From Desulfobaccales bacterium (lineage in GTDB: Bacteria; Desulfobacterota; Desulfobaccia; Desulfobaccales; 0-14-0-80-60-11): a stretch of DNA of 64,000 nucleotides. Numbering within the stretch: the first letter of the stretch is position 1; the number at the start of each line of letters is the position of its first letter. Shown one piece after another: positions 39,426-48,392 of the stretch. Where the stretch lies: contig JBKQLU010000023.1 of assembly GCA_052326585.1 (NCBI GenBank), forward strand, positions 7,800 through 71,799, written 5' to 3'. Both the position numbers and the translations under genes were made by a program. The notes beneath the pieces are model-generated. The model was not told the DNA's origin. It saw only the letters and a list, made by a program, of their open reading frames with translations, and made no database searches.

Positions 39426-40802
39426 TTATTCTTCTTCTTCCAGTTCGACGCCGTCCCGCTCAAACTGGGCGTCCCGGGCGGCGTGGGCCGCCTCGATCTC
39501 AGCTTCGCTCCAGGGCTCGTACTCCAGACAATTGGCCACCAGTTCCCAGAGGTACAGGGTCTCCTGGTAGTTGCCCATGTCCATCTTGCCCTTCTTATGT
39601 TCAGCGCCCAGGCCCTTCATGATCTGGTCCCGGCAGTTGTGGCAGGGGGCAATCACGATCTCTGCACCTGTTTCCTTGATCTGATTCGCCTTCTCCCGGC
39701 CATAGGCCAGGCGTTCTGCGTCATAAGGCATGGCCCAGGCGCCCCCGCCGGCGCCGCAGCACAGGTTGTTCAGGGGATCATCGCACATCTCCCGGTAGAG
39801 GCTGGGATCGATGCACTGCTGGGAGATCCAGCGGGTCTTCTCGCCGTTATTGGGGCTATCCTGGTAGAGCATAAAGGATTTGCGCACATAGTTGCAGGGA
39901 TCGTGCACGGTATAGGTTTCGTGATATCTCTGGGTATTCAGCTTGATCCGGCCGGATTTGATGTATTCCTCCAGCAGATCCATGACACTCACTACCTTGA
40001 ACTCGTCGAAGACTTCCGGAAACCAATTTTTGAACCCGACCCGGGTTGCATAGTAGGCGTGCCCTCATTCGGGGTACAAGATGGTTTTGGCCTTAAGTCG
40101 TCGGGCGTTTTCTATTATCCGGCCCACCTGTTCCTTCCAAGCCGGGTCGTCCCCGGAGAACAGCCCCCAGTTGACCCCCTCCCAGTTGGTGGAAGAGACG
40201 GTCCAGTCTTCCTTGGCGGCGTAGAAGATGCGCCACCAGAATTTCATATCGTCGGGCTCGCCGAAGGGTTCCTTGGAGTTGATGGTGACGATGACGTTGG
40301 CCCCTTCCTTATCCACCGGCACGTAAAATCCAGGGCAGGGCTGCTCCTCATCGTTTTCCATCTCCACCCCCAGTTCCGCCAGAAGGAAGAGGAAATCGTC
40401 CCGGGGAATCCCCAGGTTGTTGCCCCGCTCGAGATTCATCATGGTGCCCTTGTGGATCGGCCCGGGGACCTTGTCCCGCTCCCGGGCAGTGCGGCAGGCG
40501 CGGAAGGTCCGCATCAACTGGATGCCCATGGGGCACTGGTACTGGCAGCGGCCGCACAGGGTGCAGACCCAGGGCCACTTGGAATCGATGACTTCCTGCT
40601 CCATCCCGAAGACGATGGCCCGGATGGCCTTGCGGGCGTCCCAGGTGCCCCCGGCGCCCCCAATAGGAACCAGGCCGGTGGCGGGGCAGCCCCCGGAGCA
40701 GGTGCCGCAGGTAAAACAGCGATCCGCCAGTTCTGGGGCGATGCCCCCGATTTTGCGGTGCTTCCGGTCTATCCTCACTTCTTTTCGGGCCTCTTCTGCC
40801 AT
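39426..40802 (-). CDS. HdrD/GlpC-like Fe-S oxidoreductase (4Fe-4S dicluster plus CCG domains), probable selenoprotein with Sec at codon 246
   Basis: The tracked ORFs 40065..40802 and 39426..39992 share one frame and are separated only by TGA at 40065-40067. The junction reads ...KTILYPE-TGA-GHAYYATRVGF.... The N-terminal part has CGTCSGGCP and CTLCGRCQYQCP. The C-terminal part has LCCGAGGG and APCHNCRDQ. Confidence 0.7.
40033..40067 (-). promoter_or_regulatory. In-frame UGA plus a downstream SECIS-like hairpin
   Basis: The minus strand reads UGA-GGGCACGCCUACUAUGC-AACCC-GGGUC-GGGUU. A 5-6 bp GC-rich stem begins 17 nt after the UGA, and its apical GGUC-containing loop resembles the fdhF SECIS apex. 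The stem is short. Confidence 0.45.
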
Positions 40803-41131
40803 GTTTCCTCCAGAGAAACTAGATAAACCTGAAATTTGCTGGGGTGCCGCAGTTTAGGAAGGGCGGCGCAAGCCGGCCCCCCAGAACTAAGTCAGGAAAT
40901 TCTATGGATAAATACCTGTAATAGGGGTCTACCGATAATATTTATTTATATATAAAATTCCCATTAAAAAATAAAGTCTTTTTCCTGGACCACCATTGAT
41001 TATCTGTCTGGGCCGGGTGGCGGCCCGGGTGAAATACTAAATTTCACAAGGCCCGGCCCGGCCGGTCCCTGACCCCGGCTCCGGCCGCCGCGGCCAGCTT
41101 AAGCTCATTTCCCTGCCGGTGAGAAGATTTT

Positions 41132-42355
41132 GTGATATTTACTAGTGGGGAGGAACGACTAAATATGAGAGCCGAAATCACCAGGTGCCTGGAATTACTG
41201 GCCGAATTGGGCGAGGCCCTGGCCCGGCGCCGGGACGACCTGATGGCGGCGCAGGGCGAGGACATGGGCGCGCCCTGGATCACCACCGGCCGGGAGGTGG
41301 ACCTGGCGGTGGCTCACCTCAAGACCATGGCCGAAGAGGCGCCGGACGTGGAAGGCAAATCCCCCTACGGCACGGTGGCCGCCATCTTCCCCTACGACGC
41401 CCCGCCCCTCATGTTGGCCCGGGTGGGGGGCGCGGCGCTGCTGGGCGGCAACCGTTTCCGCTTCAGCTGCTCCTCCCAGACCCCCGGCGCCGCCCGGCTG
41501 TTGCAAGAAGTGGTGGCGCCCTTCCCGGGGATCGAAGGCATCACCGGCCTGGACAACCGGGAATTCGGCCGGCGCTGCGTGCAAGACCCGGAAGTGCGGG
41601 TGCTGTTCATTTCCGGCGGCGGCGCGGTGGGCGACATTTATGCCCGGGAGGCGCGCCATTTCGATAAACTCTTCTTTGCCGGCCCCAGCGGCCTGCCGCC
41701 GGTGATCTTCTTTAAGGACGCCGACGTCGAAAAGGCCGCGCATTTTACGGTGCGCCGGGCCTTCTTGAACGGCGGCCAGTACTGCACCACCCTGAAGCGG
41801 GCTTACATCCATCAGGACATCTTCGCACCGGTGCGGCAGCGGGTCCTCGAAGAGATGGCCGCCATCCGGGTGGGCGACCCCCGGGACCCTGAGACCTGGA
41901 TCGGCCCCATCAAGGTAGAGCGCACCCGCCAGCTCCTGGACCGGGCCCTGGCCGCCCTCCAGGAGCCCCATTTTCTGGCGCCATTTCAGCGGCAGGGGGA
42001 GTGGCAGGGCCCCTTCCTGATGGAGACCGCGGCGGCGCCGGATGTGGAGTTGTTCGGCCCCTTCCTGGCCCTGGTCCCGGCCCAGAGCGGCGGCGCCGCG
42101 GTGGCCACGGTGCTCCAGAGCCGCTACCCCTTCCAGGTCACCTGGTTCGGCTCTCCACCCCCGGGGGCTAAAGAGGCCCTCACTAAAAAATTCGGCATGG
42201 CTTACGACAACCCGGACTTCCTCTTCGCCCCCATGCGGATGCCCTTCGGCGGCAAGGGCGACAGCGGCTGGATCCTGGAAAACCGGAACGGCGGCGTGCG
42301 CAAACGGGACGGGGCCTTTATCTACAGCGCCGAGTTGGTGCGGGGCTCAGCCTAG
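41132..42355 (+). CDS. Aldehyde dehydrogenase superfamily protein (divergent, short)
   Basis: 407 aa (alternative start at 41165). FLNGGQYCTTLKR resembles the catalytic-Cys block, and VGDPRDPETWIGPI resembles the ALDH hinge motif. Confidence 0.55.
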   Translation: MIFTSGEERLNMRAEITRCLELLAELGEALARRRDDLMAAQGEDMGAPWITTGREVDLAVAHLKTMAEEAPDVEGKSPYGTVAAIFPYDAPPLMLARVGGAALLGGNRFRFSCSSQTPGAARLLQEVVAPFPGIEGITGLDNREFGRRCVQDPEVRVLFISGGGAVGDIYAREARHFDKLFFAGPSGLPPVIFFKDADVEKAAHFTVRRAFLNGGQYCTTLKRAYIHQDIFAPVRQRVLEEMAAIRVGDPRDPETWIGPIKVERTRQLLDRALAALQEPHFLAPFQRQGEWQGPFLMETAAAPDVELFGPFLALVPAQSGGAAVATVLQSRYPFQVTWFGSPPPGAKEALTKKFGMAYDNPDFLFAPMRMPFGGKGDSGWILENRNGGVRKRDGAFIYSAELVRGSA

Positions 42356-42382
42356 AGAGCTGAGTGTGGGGCGCAAGGGTTT

Positions 42383-43156
42383 CTAGGGGCGCCGCACGCT
42401 CAACTCGGAATTGATCTGTGCGGCAGCGAGCTTCAGTTCCGGCAAAAAGGTCTTGATCGCCCTGGATTTGGAAGATCTGCCGGTATTGGTAACAATATTC
42501 ATGGCGGCCACGATCTCATTGTTGGCATCCAATAACGGCACGGCGATGCCGCAAATGCCCTCCTCCAATTCACCATTGACCCAGGCCCAACCCTGCCTGC
42601 TATCCTCAGCGATGATTTTTCTGAGACGAACCGGTTCGATCACCGTTCTCCGGGTAAATGATTTTAGTTCGGCGGCGGCGAAGTATCGATCCAGTTCCGC
42701 CTCGGTGAGCCCCCCTAGCAGCACGCGCCCCATGGATTGCGAATAGGCCGGGAGACGGCTGCCAATGCTGATGTTGGTCGTTAAGATCCTCCGGGTCGGC
42801 ACCCGCATCACATAGACGATGTCCAGGCCATCGAGGACCGCCATGGAGCTGGTTTCGTGCACCTTGGCGACCATACTCTCCATGATGGGCTGGGCAAAAT
42901 TCCAAAACGGCAGGGAGGACAGGTAGGAGTACCCCAGGTTGAGGATGCGCGGGGTCAACGAAAAGCGCCGCCCTTTGAGGCGCACAAAGCCCAGGTTCTG
43001 CAGGGTACACAGTAGCCGGCGGGCTCCCGCCCGGCTCAGGTTGGTGCGTGCGGCGATTTCGGTGATCGACATTTCCATGGAATTGGGACCGAAAGTCTGG
43101 ATGACCGCGAGGCCGCGCGCGAAGGACTGCACAAATTGGTCGCTGCTTTTTTCCAT
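42383..43156 (-). CDS. IclR-family regulator, PcaR/PcaU-like
   Basis: Start taken at MEKSSDQFVQSFARGLAVIQTF, which gives a typical IclR length. The HTH is ITEIAARTNLSRAGARRLLCTL. The tracked ORF extends upstream to 43333. Confidence 0.85.
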   Translation of the reverse strand: MEKSSDQFVQSFARGLAVIQTFGPNSMEMSITEIAARTNLSRAGARRLLCTLQNLGFVRLKGRRFSLTPRILNLGYSYLSSLPFWNFAQPIMESMVAKVHETSSMAVLDGLDIVYVMRVPTRRILTTNISIGSRLPAYSQSMGRVLLGGLTEAELDRYFAAAELKSFTRRTVIEPVRLRKIIAEDSRQGWAWVNGELEEGICGIAVPLLDANNEIVAAMNIVTNTGRSSKSRAIKTFLPELKLAAAQINSELSVRRP

Positions 43157-43298
43157 GGCGCTAATGTTCGCATAGCGAACCGAAGAATGCAAGCCGGGCC
43201 GGTTGGAAAAGATTGCGGTCAAAGAAAATTTATTGACAGGCGGGGTGGTTTGCAGTACTTCGTTCGTAAAGCGAATAAATGTTCTTAAGGCGGACAAA

Positions 43299-44540
43299 AT
43301 GGACACCAAAACGCGCCTACCTCTCGAATCCATCGTGGTTCTGGACTTGTCCCGGGTACTCTCGGGTCCTTACTGCACCATGATGCTGGGGGATTGGGGC
43401 GCGGAAATCTGGAAGGTCGAGCCCCCCAACGGAGACGATAGCCGTGGACTCGCGCCTCCCTTGATCGGCGGCGAATCGGCTTACTTTCTCAGCGTCAATC
43501 GCAATAAGCGCGATATTTGTCTCGATCTGACCCGGCCCGAGGGCCGGGAGGCGATCCTGCGCCTGGCCGCCAGAGCCGACGTGGTCATTGAAAACTTCCG
43601 GCCGGATCTGAAAAAACGGCTGGGCATTGGCTACGACGAGGTCAGCCAGCGCAACCCCGCGGTCATTTATTGCTCCATCTCCGGGTTCGGCCAGGACGGG
43701 CCCTATAAGGATCTTCCGGGCCTGGACAATATTTTTCAGGGAATGGCGGGATTGATGGAGGTGACCGGCGCCGCAGACGGACCGCCCTTGAAAGCCGGGG
43801 AACGCCTTGCCGATGTCATCACCGGTATCAACGCCGCCTTCGGCATTATGGTCGCCCTGTTCCACCGGCAGCGGACCGGAGAAGGGCAGTTTCTCGACCT
43901 GGCGCTGGTGGACTGCCTGGTCGCCGCCCAGGCCCCGCTGGTGTCGTACTATTTCGCGACGGGACAACAACCGCCCCGACTGGGCAATGGCTCCCTGTTC
44001 TCCGCGCCTACCAATACCTTCCAAACCGCGGATCGGCCCATCAACCTGTGCATCTTTAATGAGAAGCATTGGGCTAAGCTCTGCCAGACGCTGGGCCGCC
44101 AGGGCCTCATGGAGGACCGCCGTTTTAAAACAAATCGGCTGCGGGTGGCAAACGCCGCGGCGATCAACCATATCGTGGCGCAGATGCTGCAGGAACGGCC
44201 GGCAGCGGAGTGGCTGGAGCGCCTGCAGGCGGCCGGGGTGCCCTGCGGACTGGTGTATACCTACGCCGAGACCTTCAACGATCCCCAGATCCGGCACAAT
44301 GGTATGCTCCAGGAAATTCCCCATGCCAGCGCGGGCCTGCAAAAGACCATCGGTTTGCCGCTGCGCCTGCACAAAACCCCGGGCGCCATTCGCCGGGCGG
44401 CGCCGCTGCTGGGGCAGCACAGCCGGGAAATATTGCAGGCGGCGGGATTCGACGACCAGGAGATTGACGCGCTGATTCAAAACGGCATTGTGGTGCAAGC
44501 CAAATTAACCGGCTCCAAGCAGAAGGCAGGCGATCAATGA
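43299..44540 (+). CDS. Family III CoA-transferase (CaiB/BaiF type)
   Basis: Start taken at MDTKTRLPLESIVVLDLSRVLSGPYCTMMLGDWGAEIWKVEPP. VIENFRP and ISGFGQDGPY motifs are present. The tracked ORF starts at 43203. Confidence 0.88.
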   Translation: MDTKTRLPLESIVVLDLSRVLSGPYCTMMLGDWGAEIWKVEPPNGDDSRGLAPPLIGGESAYFLSVNRNKRDICLDLTRPEGREAILRLAARADVVIENFRPDLKKRLGIGYDEVSQRNPAVIYCSISGFGQDGPYKDLPGLDNIFQGMAGLMEVTGAADGPPLKAGERLADVITGINAAFGIMVALFHRQRTGEGQFLDLALVDCLVAAQAPLVSYYFATGQQPPRLGNGSLFSAPTNTFQTADRPINLCIFNEKHWAKLCQTLGRQGLMEDRRFKTNRLRVANAAAINHIVAQMLQERPAAEWLERLQAAGVPCGLVYTYAETFNDPQIRHNGMLQEIPHASAGLQKTIGLPLRLHKTPGAIRRAAPLLGQHSREILQAAGFDDQEIDALIQNGIVVQAKLTGSKQKAGDQ

Positions 44541-45007
44541 AGCAGGAATATGCAACCGATTTCTGGAAGGACGCCAAAAGCCGCAAGATCTGGGATGACA
44601 TTGTTCCGGGAGAACCGCGGCCAACGCTCCCGTACACCTTGACCTTGGAGGCGATACAGCGCTATTGCCGGGCGGTGGGTGACCTGCATCCGCTCTATTT
44701 CGATGCGGACTATGCCCGCCAAACCCCCTATGGCGGGCTGATCGCACCGCCGTCGATTCACGCCCTGCTCCTGTTCGCCTGCACCCCCAAGGAGGACTGG
44801 ATGCGCACGCCTGGCACCGTCAACGCCGGACAGACGTGGAATTACCAGAAGCCGGCCCGTCCGGGCGACACCATCACCCTTGCGGCGCGCGCCCTGGACA
44901 AGTTCATCAAGAAGGAACGCCTCTTCGTCATCCACGACAATGTCTTTTTCAATCAGCGCGGCGAGGTGATTTGTGCCGGCCGCGGCTGGACGATCCGCCC
45001 TATATGA
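44537..45007 (+). CDS. MaoC-like hotdog protein, N-terminal-type (non-catalytic partner) dehydratase subunit
   Basis: 156 aa. The start overlaps the transferase stop (ATGA). The hotdog-fold pattern (HPLYFDADYA...GLIAPPS) lacks the hydratase 2 motif. Confidence 0.7.
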   Translation: MKQEYATDFWKDAKSRKIWDDIVPGEPRPTLPYTLTLEAIQRYCRAVGDLHPLYFDADYARQTPYGGLIAPPSIHALLLFACTPKEDWMRTPGTVNAGQTWNYQKPARPGDTITLAARALDKFIKKERLFVIHDNVFFNQRGEVICAGRGWTIRPI

Positions 45008-45017
45008 GGAGCGCCCC

Positions 45018-45464
45018 ATGACCAATTCCTTCGACACCCTGCTGCCGGGCTACCGCATTGCCGGCCCGGAATTTGCGGTCTCGCGGGAGACTATCCGTGC
45101 CTTTTGCGAGGCCTCGCTCGATTACAACCCGCTCCACCTGGACGACAGCTACATGGAGACCAGTTTCGGCAAGACCAATTTCGGCGGCATCATTATGCAT
45201 GGCATGAGTAACTTTGCCCTGATGACGCGGATGCTGACGGACTGGGCCTATACCGTGAATGCCGTCCATCGCCGTCTGGAGACGCGCTGGTTAAAGCCGG
45301 TCAAACCCGGGGATATTATCCAGCCGCACGGTATGGTGACGGCGAAGCAGGTGACCGCAAAATCGCGCTGGGTGACCATGGACGTCGAAGTGCGCAACCA
45401 ACGCGCTGAGATTGTGGCAACCGGGGGTGCGCTCCTCGAGTTTCCGCTGGAGGCGGCGCCTTGA
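45018..45464 (+). CDS. MaoC-domain (R)-specific enoyl-CoA hydratase subunit
   Basis: Start taken at MTNSFDTLLPG. DYNPLHLDDSYMETSFGKTNFGGIIMHG matches the hydratase 2 motif. Confidence 0.8.
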   Translation: MTNSFDTLLPGYRIAGPEFAVSRETIRAFCEASLDYNPLHLDDSYMETSFGKTNFGGIIMHGMSNFALMTRMLTDWAYTVNAVHRRLETRWLKPVKPGDIIQPHGMVTAKQVTAKSRWVTMDVEVRNQRAEIVATGGALLEFPLEAAP

Positions 45465-46993
45465 TTCTCGGTCGCAGCGTGGGGCGCAATGCGCTCCTCT
45501 ATCCCGAGCGGGCCGCGATCATCTCGGAAGACGGGACCCATCTCAGCCACCGCGCCTTTGCCGAGCGGGTCTGGCGTTTAGCGGATGGACTGGCGCAACG
45601 CGGCTTGGCTAAAGGCAATCGCGTCGCCATTCTGGCCCGCAACAGCGCCGATTTCCTGTGCGTCTATTTCGCCGTCGGCAGTCTGGGCGCCGTTCTGGTG
45701 CCGATAAACCACGCCCTCAAGCCGGCTGACATCGATTTCCGCCTGGCTCATGCAGAGGTCGAGGCGATATTCGTGAGCGGCGAGTTTGCCCCGGTGTTGG
45801 CCGAGATGGGAGCCGCCACGCGGCAGCGCCTGGCCGGCCGGCTCTTCGGGCTCGACGGCGAGACCGCCGGCGGTGTCTACCTCGCCGCCCTGGTCGCGGC
45901 GGGAAGAGCGCAAGCGCCCCAGGTGCAGATTGACCCCGAAGACATTCTCTACATTGGCTACACCTCCGGGACCACCGGTCCTCCCAAAGGCGCCATGGTG
46001 TCGCACCGCGCCATCGTCGTCGGCTTTCTCTACAAGGCGCTGGACTATGCCTTGACGGCTGCCGATGTGGCGCTCAGTCCTGGCCCTTACTGGCACTCGG
46101 CCCCCCGCGATTTTGCGGCGCTGGCCATCTATCTCGGGGGCACGGCCGTGGTGCCGGCGCGCTTCGATGCCTCCGGGTATCTCGCCGCGGTCGAACGTTA
46201 CCGGATCAGCAATTCCTTCGTGGTGCCGACGATGCTGGAGCAACTGGTCACTTCCCCGGCCCTGAAGAGTTGCGATGTGTCCAGCCTGCGCTGCCTGATC
46301 AGTGGTGGGGCGCCGTTGCCGACCCCGGTGAAAGAACGGGTATTGGCAAAATTCGGCCCGGTGCTCACCGAATTCTACGGGGCCACCGAAACGCGCATAA
46401 TCACGGCCATTACCCCGTCCGAGCTGGCGGTGCGCGACCGCTCGGTGGGCCGGCCCATACGAGATGTCGCCATCCGCATTCTCGATGAAGAAGGAGTTGA
46501 GGTTCCGGCCGGCGCCGTGGGAGAGATCTTTATCTGCGGTCCGGGCCTCTTCTCCGGCTATTGGCGGGACCCTGAGAGCACGCGGCAGACGCACCGCGGG
46601 GAATGGTTCAGCCTGGGCGACCTGGGGAGAGTGGATGGCGATGGATATCTCTACCTGATGGATCGCAAGCAGGACATGATCATCAGCGGCGGCGAAAACA
46701 TTTTTCCCAACGATATTGAGGAATGTTTGCTGCGCCACCCCCGGGTGCGGGAGGCCGCGGTGATTGGCGTGCCGGACGAGCTGTGGGGTGAGCTGGTGGT
46801 GGCCTTCGTGGTTGCGGCTCCGGGAGCACCCCCAAGCGCCGAGGAGCTCGCGGTTTTCTGCGGTGAGCGGCTGCCTAACTATATGAAGCCGCGCCGCGTT
46901 GAATTTTGTGACAAGTTGCCGCGCAATGAGGTCGGCAAAATCTTGCGGCGCTGTCTGCGTGAGGCCGAACTGGCTCAAAGCCAGCGCCTTTAG
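45461..46993 (+). CDS. AMP-dependent acyl-CoA synthetase/ligase
   Basis: 510 aa with a TTG start overlapping the upstream stop. YTSGTTGPPKG, GYWRDPE, and the DRKQDMIISGGENIFP hinge are present. Confidence 0.88.
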   Translation: MILGRSVGRNALLYPERAAIISEDGTHLSHRAFAERVWRLADGLAQRGLAKGNRVAILARNSADFLCVYFAVGSLGAVLVPINHALKPADIDFRLAHAEVEAIFVSGEFAPVLAEMGAATRQRLAGRLFGLDGETAGGVYLAALVAAGRAQAPQVQIDPEDILYIGYTSGTTGPPKGAMVSHRAIVVGFLYKALDYALTAADVALSPGPYWHSAPRDFAALAIYLGGTAVVPARFDASGYLAAVERYRISNSFVVPTMLEQLVTSPALKSCDVSSLRCLISGGAPLPTPVKERVLAKFGPVLTEFYGATETRIITAITPSELAVRDRSVGRPIRDVAIRILDEEGVEVPAGAVGEIFICGPGLFSGYWRDPESTRQTHRGEWFSLGDLGRVDGDGYLYLMDRKQDMIISGGENIFPNDIEECLLRHPRVREAAVIGVPDELWGELVVAFVVAAPGAPPSAEELAVFCGERLPNYMKPRRVEFCDKLPRNEVGKILRRCLREAELAQSQRL

Positions 46994-47052
46994 CCTGCCG
47001 GGAAGACAAATGGTGAGAGCTCAATTCCACGGGCGAAAATGGGGGCAGAAAA

Positions 47053-48354
47053 ATGGAACCTAGCGAAGCAGGGGCGCCAGGCGGCGCTGAGGTCTATCGG
47101 AAGATCACCTGGCGACTGGTGCCATTCCTCTTCCTCTGCTACATGGTGGCCCAGATAGACCGATTTAATATCGGTTTCGCCAAGTTGCAGTTCGTCCACG
47201 ATCTTCATCTAAATGACGCCATTTTCGGCGTCGCGGCCAGCATGTTCGCGGTGGGCTATGTGATCTTTGAAGTGCCCAGCAATCTGATGCTGGCCCGCAT
47301 CGGAGTACGAAAAACCCTGCTGCGCATCATGGTGTTGTGGGGAATTTTCGCGTCCCTCCTGTCTCTGGCCCAGGGTGCGTACTATCTTTACATCGTGCGC
47401 TTTCTGCTCGGGGTGGCGGAAGCGGGCTTTTTCCCGGGGATCATCGTATATCTCACCTATTGGTATCCGGACCGGCACCGGGGCCGCATCATGAGCCTCT
47501 TCGTCATAGCCGTGCCCATTGCCGGGGCCTTTGGGGGGCCGCTGGCCGGAATTTTGATGGATCACTTTCAAGGTGTCTACGGGTTGCGCGGCTGGCAATG
47601 GCTCTTTTTACTTGAGGGGGTACCGGCGGTATTGCTGGGCTGCATCGCCTATGGCTACCTGCAGGATAGGCCGGAGCAGGCCGGCTGGCTGTCACCCGCT
47701 GAAAAGCAGGTGGTGATCGCCGATTTGGAGGCTGATCGTAGCGCGGCCCCGGCTAAACCTCCGAAAAATTTCCGCGCCGCCCTGGGCGACCCCAAGATCT
47801 ATTTAATGGCGTTAATCTATTGCGCTTACTTCTGTTCTCTGAATACGATTCTCCTCTGGAGTCCCACCTTGCTGAGAAGCGTCGGGCTCAAAACCGTGAC
47901 CGCCATCGGTTGGTGGAGCGGCTTTATTTCATTAACTTCCGCCGTGGGCATGGTCATCGTGGGCTATAGTTCCGATCGCATGATGGAGCGGCGTTGGCAT
48001 GTGGCTTTGTGCGGGATAACTGCGGCGGTCTGCTTCCTGCTCCTGCCTCTGGTCTCTCACAACCCCGGCGGGACGATCATTTTGCTGATGGTGGCATCTA
48101 TCGGCATCTTCAGTGTTTTGAGCCTTTTCTGGACCATTCCCAGCGCCTACCTGGGAGGCAGCGCCATGGCGGGCGGCATCGCCCTGATAAGCTCCATCGG
48201 GTATCTGGGTGCGGTGGTCAGCCCGACGCTGGTAGGCTGGATCAAGGTCAAGACGGGCAGTCTCTATATCGGTCTAAGCACGATTGCCTTGCTGCTGATT
48301 TTCGCGATGCTGCTGCTTCTGATATTTGTTCCGGCCACCGAGCGCAAAAAATAG
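47053..48354 (+). CDS. MFS transporter, ACS family (carboxylate/dicarboxylate-type)
   Basis: 433 aa with about 12 TM helices. VAQIDRFNIGFAKLQF and GFFPGIIVYLTYWYP are typical of ACS-family permeases. Confidence 0.85.
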   Translation: MEPSEAGAPGGAEVYRKITWRLVPFLFLCYMVAQIDRFNIGFAKLQFVHDLHLNDAIFGVAASMFAVGYVIFEVPSNLMLARIGVRKTLLRIMVLWGIFASLLSLAQGAYYLYIVRFLLGVAEAGFFPGIIVYLTYWYPDRHRGRIMSLFVIAVPIAGAFGGPLAGILMDHFQGVYGLRGWQWLFLLEGVPAVLLGCIAYGYLQDRPEQAGWLSPAEKQVVIADLEADRSAAPAKPPKNFRAALGDPKIYLMALIYCAYFCSLNTILLWSPTLLRSVGLKTVTAIGWWSGFISLTSAVGMVIVGYSSDRMMERRWHVALCGITAAVCFLLLPLVSHNPGGTIILLMVASIGIFSVLSLFWTIPSAYLGGSAMAGGIALISSIGYLGAVVSPTLVGWIKVKTGSLYIGLSTIALLLIFAMLLLLIFVPATERKK

Positions 48355-48392
48355 TCGCGGCGCCGGGGCTAGCAGGAATAGAGGAGTAATAG

